The notes beneath the pieces are model-generated. The model was not told the DNA's origin. It made no database searches and saw only the letters and a program-made list of their open reading frames with translations. The translations under genes and the position numbers were made by a program. Source: a phage. From it: a DNA stretch of 64,000 nt. This document shows positions 1-10,505 of the stretch, piece after piece. The DNA is taken from NCBI GenBank assembly GCA_020619395.1, contig GCA_020619395.1_4860.1. One strand, written 5' to 3'. Each line of letters opens with the position of its first letter. Position 1 is the stretch's first letter.

Positions 1-50
1 AAAAAAAAAAAATAAATACCTACCCTCGCTAAACGGGCGAGGGTAGTGTC

Positions 51-668
51 TTAAACAAACACACGATAACGAAAACCGTTAAGCTTCGTGATAGTCACTT
101 CTTCTAACAGCTTACGCCCCCAGAAACCAGCCAAGTCGTATTCCAGACCAGGCAGCGTTGTCTTGGTTAAGTCTTGGCCGATATGGTACGGTAGCGTAAT
201 ACGTGTGCGTGATTCGTAAACAAACGATTCACATTCATAGACGAGGATGTATCGATCGGTCAGGATGTCGTACTCTACGTGGCATTGCGCGGGGTTTTCC
301 CACGCCTTACTTACAACGATGCCGCGTTCTGCACACGCCGATTCAAAACTGGCCATTGCATGTTCAGACCATACGCGCAAATCGGCCGGTTTACCTTTCG
401 ACAAATCAAACCACGTGAGATGTTCAGGTCCCAATGTGATTATATCATTTAAGCTCAATTTGCGGTAACGCACAACCACATAGTCATCTGGCTTACTCTT
501 ATTAGTCAGCAAAGCACTTACACGACCGTCCGGTTCCGGTGGACCATAACTCTCCACACGGATACGTTCTGTGGTCAGGGGCGTATAAACGGTTTCAGCA
601 TTAAAAGCATTGACTAAATCGAGCAAGGTTTGACTATGATGGTGGTTAAAGTCAATAACAAAAGACAT
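51..668 (-). CDS. hypothetical protein (205 aa)
   Basis: Intact ORF; AGGAG ribosome-binding site 5 nt upstream of ATG; terminator hairpin directly downstream at 21-45. Confidence 0.6.
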   Translation of the reverse strand: MSFVIDFNHHHSQTLLDLVNAFNAETVYTPLTTERIRVESYGPPEPDGRVSALLTNKSKPDDYVVVRYRKLSLNDIITLGPEHLTWFDLSKGKPADLRVWSEHAMASFESACAERGIVVSKAWENPAQCHVEYDILTDRYILVYECESFVYESRTRITLPYHIGQDLTKTTLPGLEYDLAGFWGRKLLEEVTITKLNGFRYRVFV

Positions 669-759
669 GCCTCGCTCCTGGTATTTGATTAAGGGGGGTC
701 ATAATACTTCACAGGAAAATAATAAACAGTATAGGGGCCGAAGCCCCTATACGCTGTGT

Positions 760-1149
760 TTAATAATCGTACAAAGGATACCGTGCGGAAATTTCTTTAC
801 CTACCCAAAAAGTTAACCGTAGGTTATTAACTCTGCAGTGTGTTCGTACTGACGGGGCAATTGTCGCTTTAACTTTCGACGAACACGTACCCGCATCTAT
901 TGGCTGGTACGTCTTGCGCTTTGTGTTAACGAGATAAAAGCCACCGCCTGGACACAGTTCAGAACGTCCGTAGTTAACCACGGCAAACTCACCATTTTCC
1001 ACCGTCACGACTGGTTCATCTTTGTCGCTGAATTTCACAGGTGCGTCAGTTTCCCACATCGGTTTATACTGCGGGAAGTCCTGAATGGTAAAGGCGTTTA
1101 CTGGCGCAGTAACGCAGACTATAAACACAGCTAATACAGCACGCATCAT
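760..1149 (-). CDS. hypothetical secreted protein with N-terminal signal peptide
   Basis: N-terminus MMRAVLAVFIVCVTAPVNAF is hydrophobic and signal-peptide-like; terminator hairpin downstream at 730-751. Confidence 0.5.
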   Translation of the reverse strand: MMRAVLAVFIVCVTAPVNAFTIQDFPQYKPMWETDAPVKFSDKDEPVVTVENGEFAVVNYGRSELCPGGGFYLVNTKRKTYQPIDAGTCSSKVKATIAPSVRTHCRVNNLRLTFWVGKEISARYPLYDY

Positions 1150-1151
1150 AT

Positions 1152-1628
1152 CTAGTCCTCTTCCAGATAGGGTAGAAGCCAGTCCATTTTCTCCAAACGG
1201 TGAATCATGTTGCGAGTGTTTGGCGATACCTGTAAGGCATCATGGAACTGTTTTTTGAAGTGATGCCAGTGATAAGAGAAAGGTTTTGTTGGATAGCCCG
1301 CTTCCTTGAGAACTTCTTCCCACTCCAACCTCTGGATAAGGTGCTCGTCGACCAAAACCTCAACTAAAGCCTTCCAGGCACTCCGACGAAAATGCCGGGA
1401 CAACCGACGTTTTAAATCGGCATAACTTTTTCTTTTACTGGACCGTATTGCTGGTGATGTCTTACTGTGATGAAAAGAACATCTCGTAAGATTCAGAATC
1501 TTAACAGGAGTGCCCCTAAGCGAACTGTCTGCAATATTCAGTTCATGCTGAGGAACAAGCTCCACACGGCGGATGACGTTTATACGGGTTCCATCCGTAT
1601 CTCGTGTTTCGTAAGCAACACGTATCAT
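1152..1628 (-). CDS. hypothetical protein (158 aa)
   Basis: ORF tightly packed between neighbours on the same strand; weak ribosome-binding site. Confidence 0.45.
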   Translation of the reverse strand: MIRVAYETRDTDGTRINVIRRVELVPQHELNIADSSLRGTPVKILNLTRCSFHHSKTSPAIRSSKRKSYADLKRRLSRHFRRSAWKALVEVLVDEHLIQRLEWEEVLKEAGYPTKPFSYHWHHFKKQFHDALQVSPNTRNMIHRLEKMDWLLPYLEED

Positions 1629-1645
1629 TATACACTCTCGCTCGT

Positions 1646-2131
1646 TTAGACGAAATGACCTTCTGCCATCGAAAGAAAAATGGGAACGCTTTCAGCGTAA
1701 TGAGTTAAAAGCTTTTCCTCCGGCGGCGTGTGTGACGAAATAACATTGTAGTTCGTCATACGAAAATACCGTTGGCCGTCAGCAGCAATATACCATCGGT
1801 CAATCTGGAAGCCTTGTTGGTGAAAGAATCCTAGCGCGGGAATGTTGGTCGGGTGAACACGACAGCTGACGTGTTTACGATCGGAGTTCTGCTGAAGATA
1901 CTTAAGCATAAATCTGCCGACACCGCCCCGGCGCGATTCTTCGGGCACAACCATATAGACCAAATGGCCAGGTTCCCATGCCATGATTCCCCGCACGATA
2001 TCATCCTCAACAAACATCGTGAGTTTAATAGGCTCCTCGCGGATACTGTTTAAGTCGCGTACCCATTCAACCAGTTCAGGATAAACATTCGCGGGAATCT
2101 TATCCTCGACCACATTAATAACAAGCATCAC
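1646..2131 (-). CDS. GNAT-family N-acetyltransferase-like protein
   Basis: Motif EESRRGGVGRFMLKYL resembles the acetyl-CoA-binding R/Q-x-x-G-x-G/A motif A of GNAT enzymes; size (161 aa) fits. Confidence 0.5.
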   Translation of the reverse strand: MMLVINVVEDKIPANVYPELVEWVRDLNSIREEPIKLTMFVEDDIVRGIMAWEPGHLVYMVVPEESRRGGVGRFMLKYLQQNSDRKHVSCRVHPTNIPALGFFHQQGFQIDRWYIAADGQRYFRMTNYNVISSHTPPEEKLLTHYAESVPIFLSMAEGHFV

Positions 2132-2766
2132 TTCTCTCCACTAAGCAGGTATCTGGCTTCTGCCAATGACAGGGACGGTTTTAACAGCATGTGTAGCGGC
2201 AGGATTGTTGAACGGTGAAACTGTGCCGGTGTTTTTGCCAGGTGTTCCAGATAGCGATTGACCGACATTTCTTGCCAATCGATAGTAGGACGAACCCAAC
2301 TTATCTGTAACCATTTCCCCAATGAGACGTCACGCTTACCGCGTGGCATAATTATACTTAACTTGTACCCGTGGTCAAACTGACGCGGTGGATGACCCGG
2401 TTCCCAAGGAACCTCGGGACCTAACGCATCTGCAAGAAACCCTTCTTTAATTAACACATTTCTGATGGTAGCGAATATCCGTCCTCGTTGCGCGGTGATC
2501 TCTTTGACATGCGCCATGGCATTTAGTTTACGTTTGGTAATTGCAGCGGAAAGCGCGCTGACAAACTGCCCTTCAACATACGGGGCGTTTAAGCAGCTAC
2601 GAAACGGCACTACGTAAAACGCCTCCCACAATACTTCTTCGACTGCCGCCAATAACAGCGCTTCTTTCTCAGCTGCAGTAAAATCCACAGACAGCATTTT
2701 GGTAAACGAACCTAATATAGCGCTAAACGGTAGTAGTACAGACCGTTGACGAAATTGTAATTGCAT
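2128..2766 (-). CDS. hypothetical protein (212 aa)
   Basis: ORF with 4-nt overlap to the downstream gene (translational coupling). Confidence 0.5.
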   Translation of the reverse strand: MQLQFRQRSVLLPFSAILGSFTKMLSVDFTAAEKEALLLAAVEEVLWEAFYVVPFRSCLNAPYVEGQFVSALSAAITKRKLNAMAHVKEITAQRGRIFATIRNVLIKEGFLADALGPEVPWEPGHPPRQFDHGYKLSIIMPRGKRDVSLGKWLQISWVRPTIDWQEMSVNRYLEHLAKTPAQFHRSTILPLHMLLKPSLSLAEARYLLSGEK

Positions 2767-2862
2767 TTTTATATTCCTTTTGGGCCGTGCTTACACAGTA
2801 ATTTACGTAGACGTAATAAAAAAAATAAGAAGCCTCTTCTCCAGGAGGAGAAGAGGGCTTAA

Positions 2863-3435
2863 TTACTCTTTAGGTGCGGTAGTCTGTTGCTTCGCGTTGC
2901 TCTTATTCAGCTTGTATTCAACAACCTTGGCACCAATGGCCATCGAATTGTAAGCAAGCGTCTTAATCGGCCATGTAAAGAACACGGCCTGAGCAAACAA
3001 AGGTAAGAGCGCCACAATCAGCACATCCGTTAACTCCTGTGGATAATGCAGGTGCGTGTCCCAGGCCATCGCGCCAGTAATCACCACAGTGGTCAGCACC
3101 AACAAAACGATAAGGACTTTCTGCAGACCTTTCAAATTTGGCCACAGGGTCAATAGCGTTTCTTTGGCGAGCTTTTCATCCATGCTTTCTACGGCGGCTT
3201 TTGCTTGCGATTCAAACGTTTTCGCCATGTTCCCCACCTGCTCAAGAATGAGGGGGCGTAAAGAAGTAAGAATCACGTTAGCAGGTTTAGTGACATCAAT
3301 TTCAACATCACTTCCCAAAGCGGTCTGGGCGGCTGTTTTTAGTCGGTTACTCTCTTCCAGGCTTAATTTATTGGTGCCCGCCTGGATAAGAACATCCAAC
3401 ACATCCGTCGAGGCTTCTTGCAAAGACTGCGACAT
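2863..3435 (-). CDS. hypothetical membrane protein
   Basis: GGAGG ribosome-binding site upstream of ATG; hydrophobic segments (LIVLLVLTTVVITGAMAW, LIVALLPLFAQAVFF); terminator at 2829-2859. Confidence 0.5.
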   Translation of the reverse strand: MSQSLQEASTDVLDVLIQAGTNKLSLEESNRLKTAAQTALGSDVEIDVTKPANVILTSLRPLILEQVGNMAKTFESQAKAAVESMDEKLAKETLLTLWPNLKGLQKVLIVLLVLTTVVITGAMAWDTHLHYPQELTDVLIVALLPLFAQAVFFTWPIKTLAYNSMAIGAKVVEYKLNKSNAKQQTTAPKE

Positions 3436-3437
3436 CG

Positions 3438-4088
3438 CTATTTCCTCCGGCGTCTTCCTTTCTGCTTACCGGCCTTAGCTTTAGGAACTTTAACCTTGGG
3501 CGGAAGAAGACTATTTAGGTTTAATAAGTTGACCCTGACGAAGATATTACCCACCGCCACGGCATCGATACTGTGTTCATCCAATACCGATAAGTCGCAC
3601 CGGGTATGGTTCGCGTAGAGTTTGGTCACCGCTTGTTGCATATGCGATTTATCTGTACCCTTTGCTTCCACACCAACGTACGACTTCACAATAATAGGAT
3701 TAAACCCATGGAGATATTTTTCGGGAAACACGTCCCAAAGCGTTCGCCGCAACATCAGTTGCAATTCCACCCCAGATTCGTACGCTGAGAGCTTAGCTCT
3801 TCGCATGAACGGAGTTTCGGTAGCGACAAAAGTCGGCCTTGCCAGTTTTAAAAACTCACGAAAGCGTTCTTCTAATTCTACCAAACGCGCATCGCGTTTC
3901 CCTACGCACTCACCAAAAGAGCCATTGTGCGTAGGGTCCGCAACATGAGCCGTGCCCGCCCAGACAACTTCACCTTGAGGTTGGCCAAATTCCCAGTCGA
4001 TAACCGCCATCCCAAGATGGGCAGTACCGGGGTCAACAGCCGCAATCCTCACCATACTGTCGGGTAACCTCGGCTCAGGAATCAGCAT
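3438..4088 (-). CDS. RuvC-like Holliday junction resolvase
   Basis: IAAVDPGTAHLGMAV matches RuvC N-terminal ILGIDPGSRVTGYGV; FVATETPFM matches catalytic Glu region YFAIEQVFM; KSHMQQAV matches KSQVQHMV; DEHSIDAVAVG matches C-terminal acidic motif. True start may be the internal Met near 4055. Confidence 0.8.
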   Translation of the reverse strand: MLIPEPRLPDSMVRIAAVDPGTAHLGMAVIDWEFGQPQGEVVWAGTAHVADPTHNGSFGECVGKRDARLVELEERFREFLKLARPTFVATETPFMRRAKLSAYESGVELQLMLRRTLWDVFPEKYLHGFNPIIVKSYVGVEAKGTDKSHMQQAVTKLYANHTRCDLSVLDEHSIDAVAVGNIFVRVNLLNLNSLLPPKVKVPKAKAGKQKGRRRRK

Positions 4089-4975
4089 CAGTTAGCTGTC
4101 CCTAAGAACCACGGTGCCGGCTGGCCGATACGGATGGTCAGTGACAGACGATCGTTGGTCTGTGCCAGGTTAGTGAACAGGGAGATGTAGTACAACGCCT
4201 GCACACCGATAGCTTCGTCGTAGCTGAACTGTGAACCGGTAGCCGACTCACCCGTTTCAGGGGTATCAACGCCAGAGCACAGCGCAATTTCAGAGATAAT
4301 CGAACTGCGTGGCGTACCACGTAGAATCGCCGTCACGTTCATGTATTCCTGAACATCAAACTCAGTCCATGGAATCACCAGGTCTGCGCCCGATTCAACA
4401 TAACGACCGTCGGGGATCTCTACAGTGCCGTCATCGTCGTAATCGTAGTCTGGGAGTTCTTTCGGTACCGGGTTCAGTTCCGCATCGGTATAGACGAAAT
4501 CTTTGACGGTTTCAACACCGTTTTCGCGAGTGATATCCAGGTCAGTGGTCTTCACTGCGCGCATGTCGATACGTTTCAGATAATACGCCCAGTAATCCCG
4601 CGCGCCGATAGTTTCACGAGTACGGAAAGCGTACTGTTTACGTTGCTCATCAGACAAGTCATTATCCAACGTACGCAGTACCAATGGAACGCGCGAGAAC
4701 ATCCCTGACGCAATCGGGGATTTCGCGACGGGAACAACGTCTGCCACAACATCAGACTGATCAACGATGTGACCACGGTTACCCACGCACATGTATCCTA
4801 AATGCGGACGTGTAGCGCCATCGGGAACTTTCGAGGTCATGAGTTTATAAAACTCGTTCATCGTGGATTTCTGTGGGTACTGCACGTCAGCACCTGTCAA
4901 TAACGCGGTCGTAAGTCGCATCGCGTTAAGAGTCACTGTTGACAGTTTACCATCGTAAACTTTGGTGTTAGCCAT
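4088..4975 (-). CDS. hypothetical protein (295 aa)
   Basis: AGGAGA ribosome-binding site upstream of ATG; ORF intact. Confidence 0.55.
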   Translation of the reverse strand: MANTKVYDGKLSTVTLNAMRLTTALLTGADVQYPQKSTMNEFYKLMTSKVPDGATRPHLGYMCVGNRGHIVDQSDVVADVVPVAKSPIASGMFSRVPLVLRTLDNDLSDEQRKQYAFRTRETIGARDYWAYYLKRIDMRAVKTTDLDITRENGVETVKDFVYTDAELNPVPKELPDYDYDDDGTVEIPDGRYVESGADLVIPWTEFDVQEYMNVTAILRGTPRSSIISEIALCSGVDTPETGESATGSQFSYDEAIGVQALYYISLFTNLAQTNDRLSLTIRIGQPAPWFLGTAN

Positions 4976-5495
4976 TTAAAAATTCTCCTGGGCGAAACCC
5001 GTCGAGTGCCCGTTTAGTTACCAGCTGCGCCAGCTTACGGGGAGTTGGGTCAACAAAAGTAATCGCAATCGTGCCTTTGAAAGATAGATGGTGCGGGATT
5101 AAGCGCGCCTCATACGATTCCATTTCTGGGGTAATCGGTTCAACCATGATATCGTAGGTGTCAAGCTGGAGACCCAGCTCATCGACAATATACGGAACTA
5201 ATTCATGGCTCCATTCTGCCGCACCCTTCGGGACTTCAACCGTTACGTCTTTAAGTAACTTGTTTAAGTCCGCACGAGTCAGGTAAAACTCTTGAGTGCC
5301 GTGTACCCCATTTACAAAGCGCGCCGCAACTTTAGACTCCACACCTTTAGCGCGTCGCTCTGCTTGGGTTAGCGGCCACACCCCACGTGGGTTAAACTCG
5401 TAGTTATTTTCACTATACGATAACTTAAAAACGTAATTGATTCTCTCAACCAGAATCTGTTTCGGGGTTTTTGATAAATCTATACGGTATCCCAT
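4968..5495 (-). CDS. hypothetical protein (175 aa)
   Basis: ORF overlapping downstream gene by 8 nt. Confidence 0.5.
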   Translation of the reverse strand: MGYRIDLSKTPKQILVERINYVFKLSYSENNYEFNPRGVWPLTQAERRAKGVESKVAARFVNGVHGTQEFYLTRADLNKLLKDVTVEVPKGAAEWSHELVPYIVDELGLQLDTYDIMVEPITPEMESYEARLIPHHLSFKGTIAITFVDPTPRKLAQLVTKRALDGFRPGEFLNG

Positions 5496-5502
5496 AAGTC
5501 TC

Positions 5503-7686
5503 TCACTTTGGTAATTGGTCTAGCCGGAAGCCATCCATGTCACGGTCGGCCACGCGCTCGGCAAGCGTCCACTCCTCAAATGACGTCCGCACACGGATAA
5601 CATCAATAGGCGGCTGTACCATATCGATCACAACATCCTGCTCGACCTTCACGCGGATACCAGGGTAGACATTCATCCGCAACTTAATACGTTGCGGGAT
5701 TGCCATTTCCTTTATCACGGGAGCGACAGGGATGGGCTTATCCGTCGTCATGAATGAACTACGGCTCACACGCTGCACGTCTGTCAGAGGGTAAATGATA
5801 TTTGTTGTATCGGCAGCCTCTGCGAGAATATCATCCAGAATCGGGATGACTGGGTCGGTGACATCGTAGGTGTCAGAACCCATACGTGCGGCAAAATGGA
5901 CAGTGTACGACGAGAGTTTCGTCATTAACCGCACCATCGCGCGTTGTATTTCAGCTTGTGAGACAGACGCACGTGTTTCCAGATTAGTGGCCACGTTTAA
6001 AGCGTCGGTGGCGATGTCCTGCCAGGTTTCCGCGGAGACTAACTCGTAATCAAAACCAAACGTTTTGAAGAACTCGTCGTAATCGCGGTAAGGTAGGTCA
6101 AGATCGCACTTATAGTCACGGTAATGGTAGGTAAACAGCATTGTGCCAGCAGCACGGTCGGCTAGCTTGTGTCGATTATACGAGTAACGGTAACGACGAC
6201 GCTTCTGCACCATGATTTCGCTGATTTCATCGTACAACTCATCTGCAGACATCAAATTACCGATAACTTCATGATGCGTGTCCGTGTAATAGTTAATCAA
6301 CGCATTAAAACGGCCGGGCCATGAGCTTGGCAGATGCTGCTCCATCTCATCAAAACCAACCCAGCGTTTGATTAGTACACCAAACACGTTCCACACCGGG
6401 ATTTTATCCAGTGCTACACCCGAATAACCTTTGAAGCTCGCATACAAGAACAGTGCCAGCAGCTCTTTTGAAGTGAGCTTTAGCGTATCCCCGTTCGTTG
6501 GGTTAAGAATTTCGTGGTAAATGTTGTACTGTCCACGTGCCACGATATGCATCCACTCGTTGAACAAGCCATGCATAAATTCCCAACGTTCGATGGCCTC
6601 TGGGTCAATCGCCGTTACCTCAACTAACTTCGTTGGCAGGTTCGGATACTGCGTCAAGCTCAAACGCCGATCGAGGTCTTCCTGATAGTCAGGTTCGTGC
6701 ACTGGGTTATTGTACGCCAGATTGATTTCTTTCTGGATGATGTCAGTTGTGCTAACAATGTCCAGGTCACGGCCCGAGTCACGTTCAGTATAGTTAAGCG
6801 ATGACTGGTAGCCGATCGGGAGTGGTGTCAGGTCATCGTCACTGCCCGTCGTCGGGTCGTGAATCTGCTGGGCGACCTTATATCCAACAGCAGGCATACC
6901 CCAACCCGTCAGCAGGGTGTCAATCATCCAGGTAAAGATTTCTTCCTTACCAGAGTTACGTTCCCAGTAACGGATGTTGCGATACAGTGTGAATTTCTGC
7001 TTGAGGGTCAGGTACGGCATGAACTCGTGCAGTTCTTGGTGCGAAGCCAAGAACTCGGTCACGTAGTAGGAGTGCGTTTCGGTCGTAAACTGTAACCGTT
7101 TGCGGATGTACATGATAAGCCCCGGCCACACCGGGTACTGCTGCATGTAAAAGGCCAGTACGAAACAGTCGTTGTGAACTTTCCAGCCATCGGCCATGAA
7201 CCGCACATGTGCTGCACGAATAAAGTTCTCAATATGTGTAATTAACGACGTCTCCTGCGGTTCAACTAAAGCAGGATCGTAATACAAAATTGAGCAGTCA
7301 TCGACACGTATCGCGTATGCAATATCAATCGGATTGAAAGTACCGCGAATGTATACTGCGTAGTCCGGATACTCGGCGATTAAGTCGTCGATATACTCCG
7401 GGTTAGAACGATATACGTTTGAGGTCTTTTTATGACGGGAGAGGTTCTGCGTCGTTAACTCTATCTGCTCTTGCGTGTCGAGTGACGTAATGTATATCGG
7501 CTTGTCGATTGCATGTCGTTTACCTGCTAAGTGTAGGTAATACCGCCACGTCTCACGGTTCTCGGAAACGAAACCGCCGTTTTTGGTTATTGCCAGGTTC
7601 ATCTGTTGTGCGATGCTCTCTGATTTGACAATCAGGGATTTCGCTAACTGGATAGCCTGGTCACGAAAAATGTTAAATCTCTGCAT
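5503..7686 (-). CDS. hypothetical large protein (about 727 aa)
   Basis: Track ORF begins with TTG at 7698; first ATG is at 7684-7686 (protein MQRFNIF...). Start lies 11 nt from the divergent plus-strand gene start. Confidence 0.6.
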   Translation of the reverse strand: MQRFNIFRDQAIQLAKSLIVKSESIAQQMNLAITKNGGFVSENRETWRYYLHLAGKRHAIDKPIYITSLDTQEQIELTTQNLSRHKKTSNVYRSNPEYIDDLIAEYPDYAVYIRGTFNPIDIAYAIRVDDCSILYYDPALVEPQETSLITHIENFIRAAHVRFMADGWKVHNDCFVLAFYMQQYPVWPGLIMYIRKRLQFTTETHSYYVTEFLASHQELHEFMPYLTLKQKFTLYRNIRYWERNSGKEEIFTWMIDTLLTGWGMPAVGYKVAQQIHDPTTGSDDDLTPLPIGYQSSLNYTERDSGRDLDIVSTTDIIQKEINLAYNNPVHEPDYQEDLDRRLSLTQYPNLPTKLVEVTAIDPEAIERWEFMHGLFNEWMHIVARGQYNIYHEILNPTNGDTLKLTSKELLALFLYASFKGYSGVALDKIPVWNVFGVLIKRWVGFDEMEQHLPSSWPGRFNALINYYTDTHHEVIGNLMSADELYDEISEIMVQKRRRYRYSYNRHKLADRAAGTMLFTYHYRDYKCDLDLPYRDYDEFFKTFGFDYELVSAETWQDIATDALNVATNLETRASVSQAEIQRAMVRLMTKLSSYTVHFAARMGSDTYDVTDPVIPILDDILAEAADTTNIIYPLTDVQRVSRSSFMTTDKPIPVAPVIKEMAIPQRIKLRMNVYPGIRVKVEQDVVIDMVQPPIDVIRVRTSFEEWTLAERVADRDMDGFRLDQLPK

Positions 7687-7697
7687 CGGAGACCCCA

Positions 7698-10442
7698 ATG
7701 GAAGATATTAGTAAATTAACGGGCGACCCCGCGGTAGCTGCCATACTGCGTAAGTCCACGAGCCCGTCGGCTCAGCAGCAACGCGGTAAGCGTGAAGATG
7801 GCGGCGTTACACCAACCCGTACAGAACTCACGGGCATTGCGAGTAGCCGCATTCGCACCGTTAAAAATGCCGAACGTATCTTTGATGCGCTCCCTGAGTT
7901 AGAGGTCATTGTTACCATCGCGACCTCCTCGCTCCTGTCCACAAAAGATTTGATTAACACCACGCTGATTTACGACAACGTGGCTGATATCCCGATCGAC
8001 CTGCGTCAACAGTTGTTAGAACCCGTGCGTGAATTCCATGACCACACGCGCCAGTTACCCAACAAACTGTATCAGTGGATTTACGATGCACTGAAATCCA
8101 AAGGCGCGAGCCCGGTGTTGCTGATTTCAGATACCGGATTCGATGAACTCTTCGGCTTAAAGCCGTCTGTTGCAACCGAATCGTTGCGCCGTAGCCAATC
8201 TGACTTCTTTGAACGTCAGTTGGGTATCCTGGGCAAGATTGGCGGTGAAAACAAACCGAAGGTTGGTGTAGAAAGTATTCTGGGTCGTGCACGTGGCGCT
8301 GACAAGCCCACCAAGCCACAAACCATTAAACTTAACTTTGCAGCAGCCCCTAACAGTCCGTTTAAAGCAGACGGTATGTTAGCTTCCCTGGATATCGTTA
8401 TCACCGACAACCCGCGTATTACCCTGCTACCAGAGGCTTATCGCCGTGTGGCACAGGAGAATGCTCGCACCGGCCTGTTCGGTCAGTTAGAGCAGTACGC
8501 ATATGAACAACCTTCTACGCCGACAGGTGCGTCAGAGTATAACGCTGACCAGTTCACAGACAGCGAACAAGAGAAGGCAAAACTCGGTTTAATCAACATC
8601 GGCGACCTCAACGAAGCGTACCAGAAAACGCCTGAGCAAAAGCTTTACGGCGAAGTACCGAAGATGAGTTTCTCCGATGCCAACAAAATCGAATACACGG
8701 AACGATTACTGCCAGCAGAGTCCACACTCCCACTCGTTATCGGTGACGATGTTCGTAACCCCATAGGTTATCTGGCCATCGTTGACGAAATGGGTAACTT
8801 CATTAACTCGCGTTCCACACTTTACGGGGATGCGAACTTCATGAACTACCTGAACAACGACGGTATGGTAGATTCGACAATCAACCGTGCGAATCTGGGG
8901 ATGGGCAACACAACCCGAATCACGCCAGACATTGCTAACCGTTTAACAGCGCGTTATGGTGAGATTGCTGAAGACCAGCTGACAAAAGCGTTGGGTGAGG
9001 CGTTGGGTGGTGCTGAGATTAGCATGACGGTAACCGAAACGTTCAGCCGTATCATGCTGGCGCGCCATCTGGCAAAACGTCATACGCAGGTTATTTATAT
9101 TCCTGCGGAAAACCTTTGCTATTTTGCCACGGACTTTGATGAAGATGGTATCGGTGTATCTATTACCGAACGCTCGTTCGTTATCTCTACTGTCCGTATG
9201 GCGCTGTTGTTCGCTACCATGAACTCTGCGGTGTTGAACTCTGCACGTCACATGCAGTACGACATTGAGTTGGCACCAGATGACATGAACGGTCAGAAAA
9301 CAATTGACCAGCTGAAAACAGACATCATGAACTCCTATAACCGACGTCAACCGATGTGGGGGGACATGAACGACACCTGGGCAATGACGACAAACGCAGG
9401 TATTGCGTTTAACGTTATTGGTAACGACTACTACGGTAGTACCAAAGTGTCTGTGTCGGACACTACGCCGGATTATAAATACCCGGATAAGGATTTCGAC
9501 GAAGGTCTGTTACGTCGCACTTGTCACATCGCAGGTGTTGACCCTGACCTGGTAATGACCCCCGAGAACATCGAGTTTGCTTCACAGATCTTCTCTAAAT
9601 CGTTACTGGTCACCCAGCAGGTTGTTAAGAAGCAAGAGATTCTCTCTAAGCCACTGACACGTTACGTAGTTAATGGGATGTTGGCCTCTCCGTCGTTGCA
9701 ATCAGCGATGATTAAAATCATTGCAGAGTACATCAATGCTAACGGCAATGGGATGACTACTGACCAGATTACGAAAAAGGTCTCTGAGTATCTGGCTGCG
9801 TTTATCAACGGTATGAAAGTAACCTTACCACCACCCGACACATCGGCAGCAGCTTCGCAGATGGAGCTGTTCGATAAACGTACGGAGTTCTTTGAGAAGC
9901 TGGCTGATCTGGTTGTAACGGATGACATTGCTGCGCAACTCCAGCAAGAAGGCATCTCGATGGACCCGAACGATCTGAAGACGATGATCAAGTCCTTCTA
10001 TACGCGCAACTGGCTGCGTAAACAAGGTATTGAAACCGACTTCTTCGATCTGGTTTACGACGATGATTCTCGTCAGGACAACATCACCATGATGACTGAT
10101 GAAGCGATGGCTGCTTCGAAAACGCTGATTCAATTGGCGAAACGTTTCACCGGGCGACTGGAAACGTTAGCGAAGAATGCCGACCTTGATCCTAACGATG
10201 CTTCCGGCGGATTCGGTGGTGGTTTTGATGCGGGCGGTGACACCGGCGGCGGTGATGGGGATCTCGGCGGTGGGGGTGACGATGATTTAGACCTCGAACT
10301 CGATACGGATAACGGCACCGGTGGTGATAGTACAGAGGAAACTACTGAGTCGACCGAAACCACGGAAACAACTACCGAGGGAACGGAAGGCACAGAAGGC
10401 GGTGAAGGAACTACCGACGACAACCCAGACAACGTCCTCTAA
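7698..10442 (+). CDS. hypothetical large protein with Gly/Asp/Thr-rich low-complexity C-terminus
   Basis: 914-aa ORF, GGAGAC ribosome-binding site upstream; C-terminal 80 aa are GGxGG/acidic/TE-rich; bidirectional terminator follows. Confidence 0.6.
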   Translation: MEDISKLTGDPAVAAILRKSTSPSAQQQRGKREDGGVTPTRTELTGIASSRIRTVKNAERIFDALPELEVIVTIATSSLLSTKDLINTTLIYDNVADIPIDLRQQLLEPVREFHDHTRQLPNKLYQWIYDALKSKGASPVLLISDTGFDELFGLKPSVATESLRRSQSDFFERQLGILGKIGGENKPKVGVESILGRARGADKPTKPQTIKLNFAAAPNSPFKADGMLASLDIVITDNPRITLLPEAYRRVAQENARTGLFGQLEQYAYEQPSTPTGASEYNADQFTDSEQEKAKLGLINIGDLNEAYQKTPEQKLYGEVPKMSFSDANKIEYTERLLPAESTLPLVIGDDVRNPIGYLAIVDEMGNFINSRSTLYGDANFMNYLNNDGMVDSTINRANLGMGNTTRITPDIANRLTARYGEIAEDQLTKALGEALGGAEISMTVTETFSRIMLARHLAKRHTQVIYIPAENLCYFATDFDEDGIGVSITERSFVISTVRMALLFATMNSAVLNSARHMQYDIELAPDDMNGQKTIDQLKTDIMNSYNRRQPMWGDMNDTWAMTTNAGIAFNVIGNDYYGSTKVSVSDTTPDYKYPDKDFDEGLLRRTCHIAGVDPDLVMTPENIEFASQIFSKSLLVTQQVVKKQEILSKPLTRYVVNGMLASPSLQSAMIKIIAEYINANGNGMTTDQITKKVSEYLAAFINGMKVTLPPPDTSAAASQMELFDKRTEFFEKLADLVVTDDIAAQLQQEGISMDPNDLKTMIKSFYTRNWLRKQGIETDFFDLVYDDDSRQDNITMMTDEAMAASKTLIQLAKRFTGRLETLAKNADLDPNDASGGFGGGFDAGGDTGGGDGDLGGGGDDDLDLELDTDNGTGGDSTEETTESTETTETTTEGTEGTEGGEGTTDDNPDNVL

Positions 10443-10468
10443 ACAAAAAAAGAAAAAGAAATAAGGTT

Positions 10469-10492
10469 TACCTCTCCCTTCGGGGAGAGGTA
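10469..10492. terminator. bidirectional rho-independent terminator
   Basis: Hairpin tacctctccc-ttcg-gggagaggta flanked by an A-run upstream and a T-run downstream, between convergent genes. Confidence 0.7.
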
Positions 10493-10505
10493 CCTTTTCT
10501 TTTTT

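Noticed and set aside
10130-10432. 100-aa Pro/Ser-rich ORF on the minus strand
   Set aside because: It is the antisense reading of the Gly-rich C-terminal tail of 7698..10442 (GGT/GGC codons read as ACC/GCC); a low-complexity artefact.
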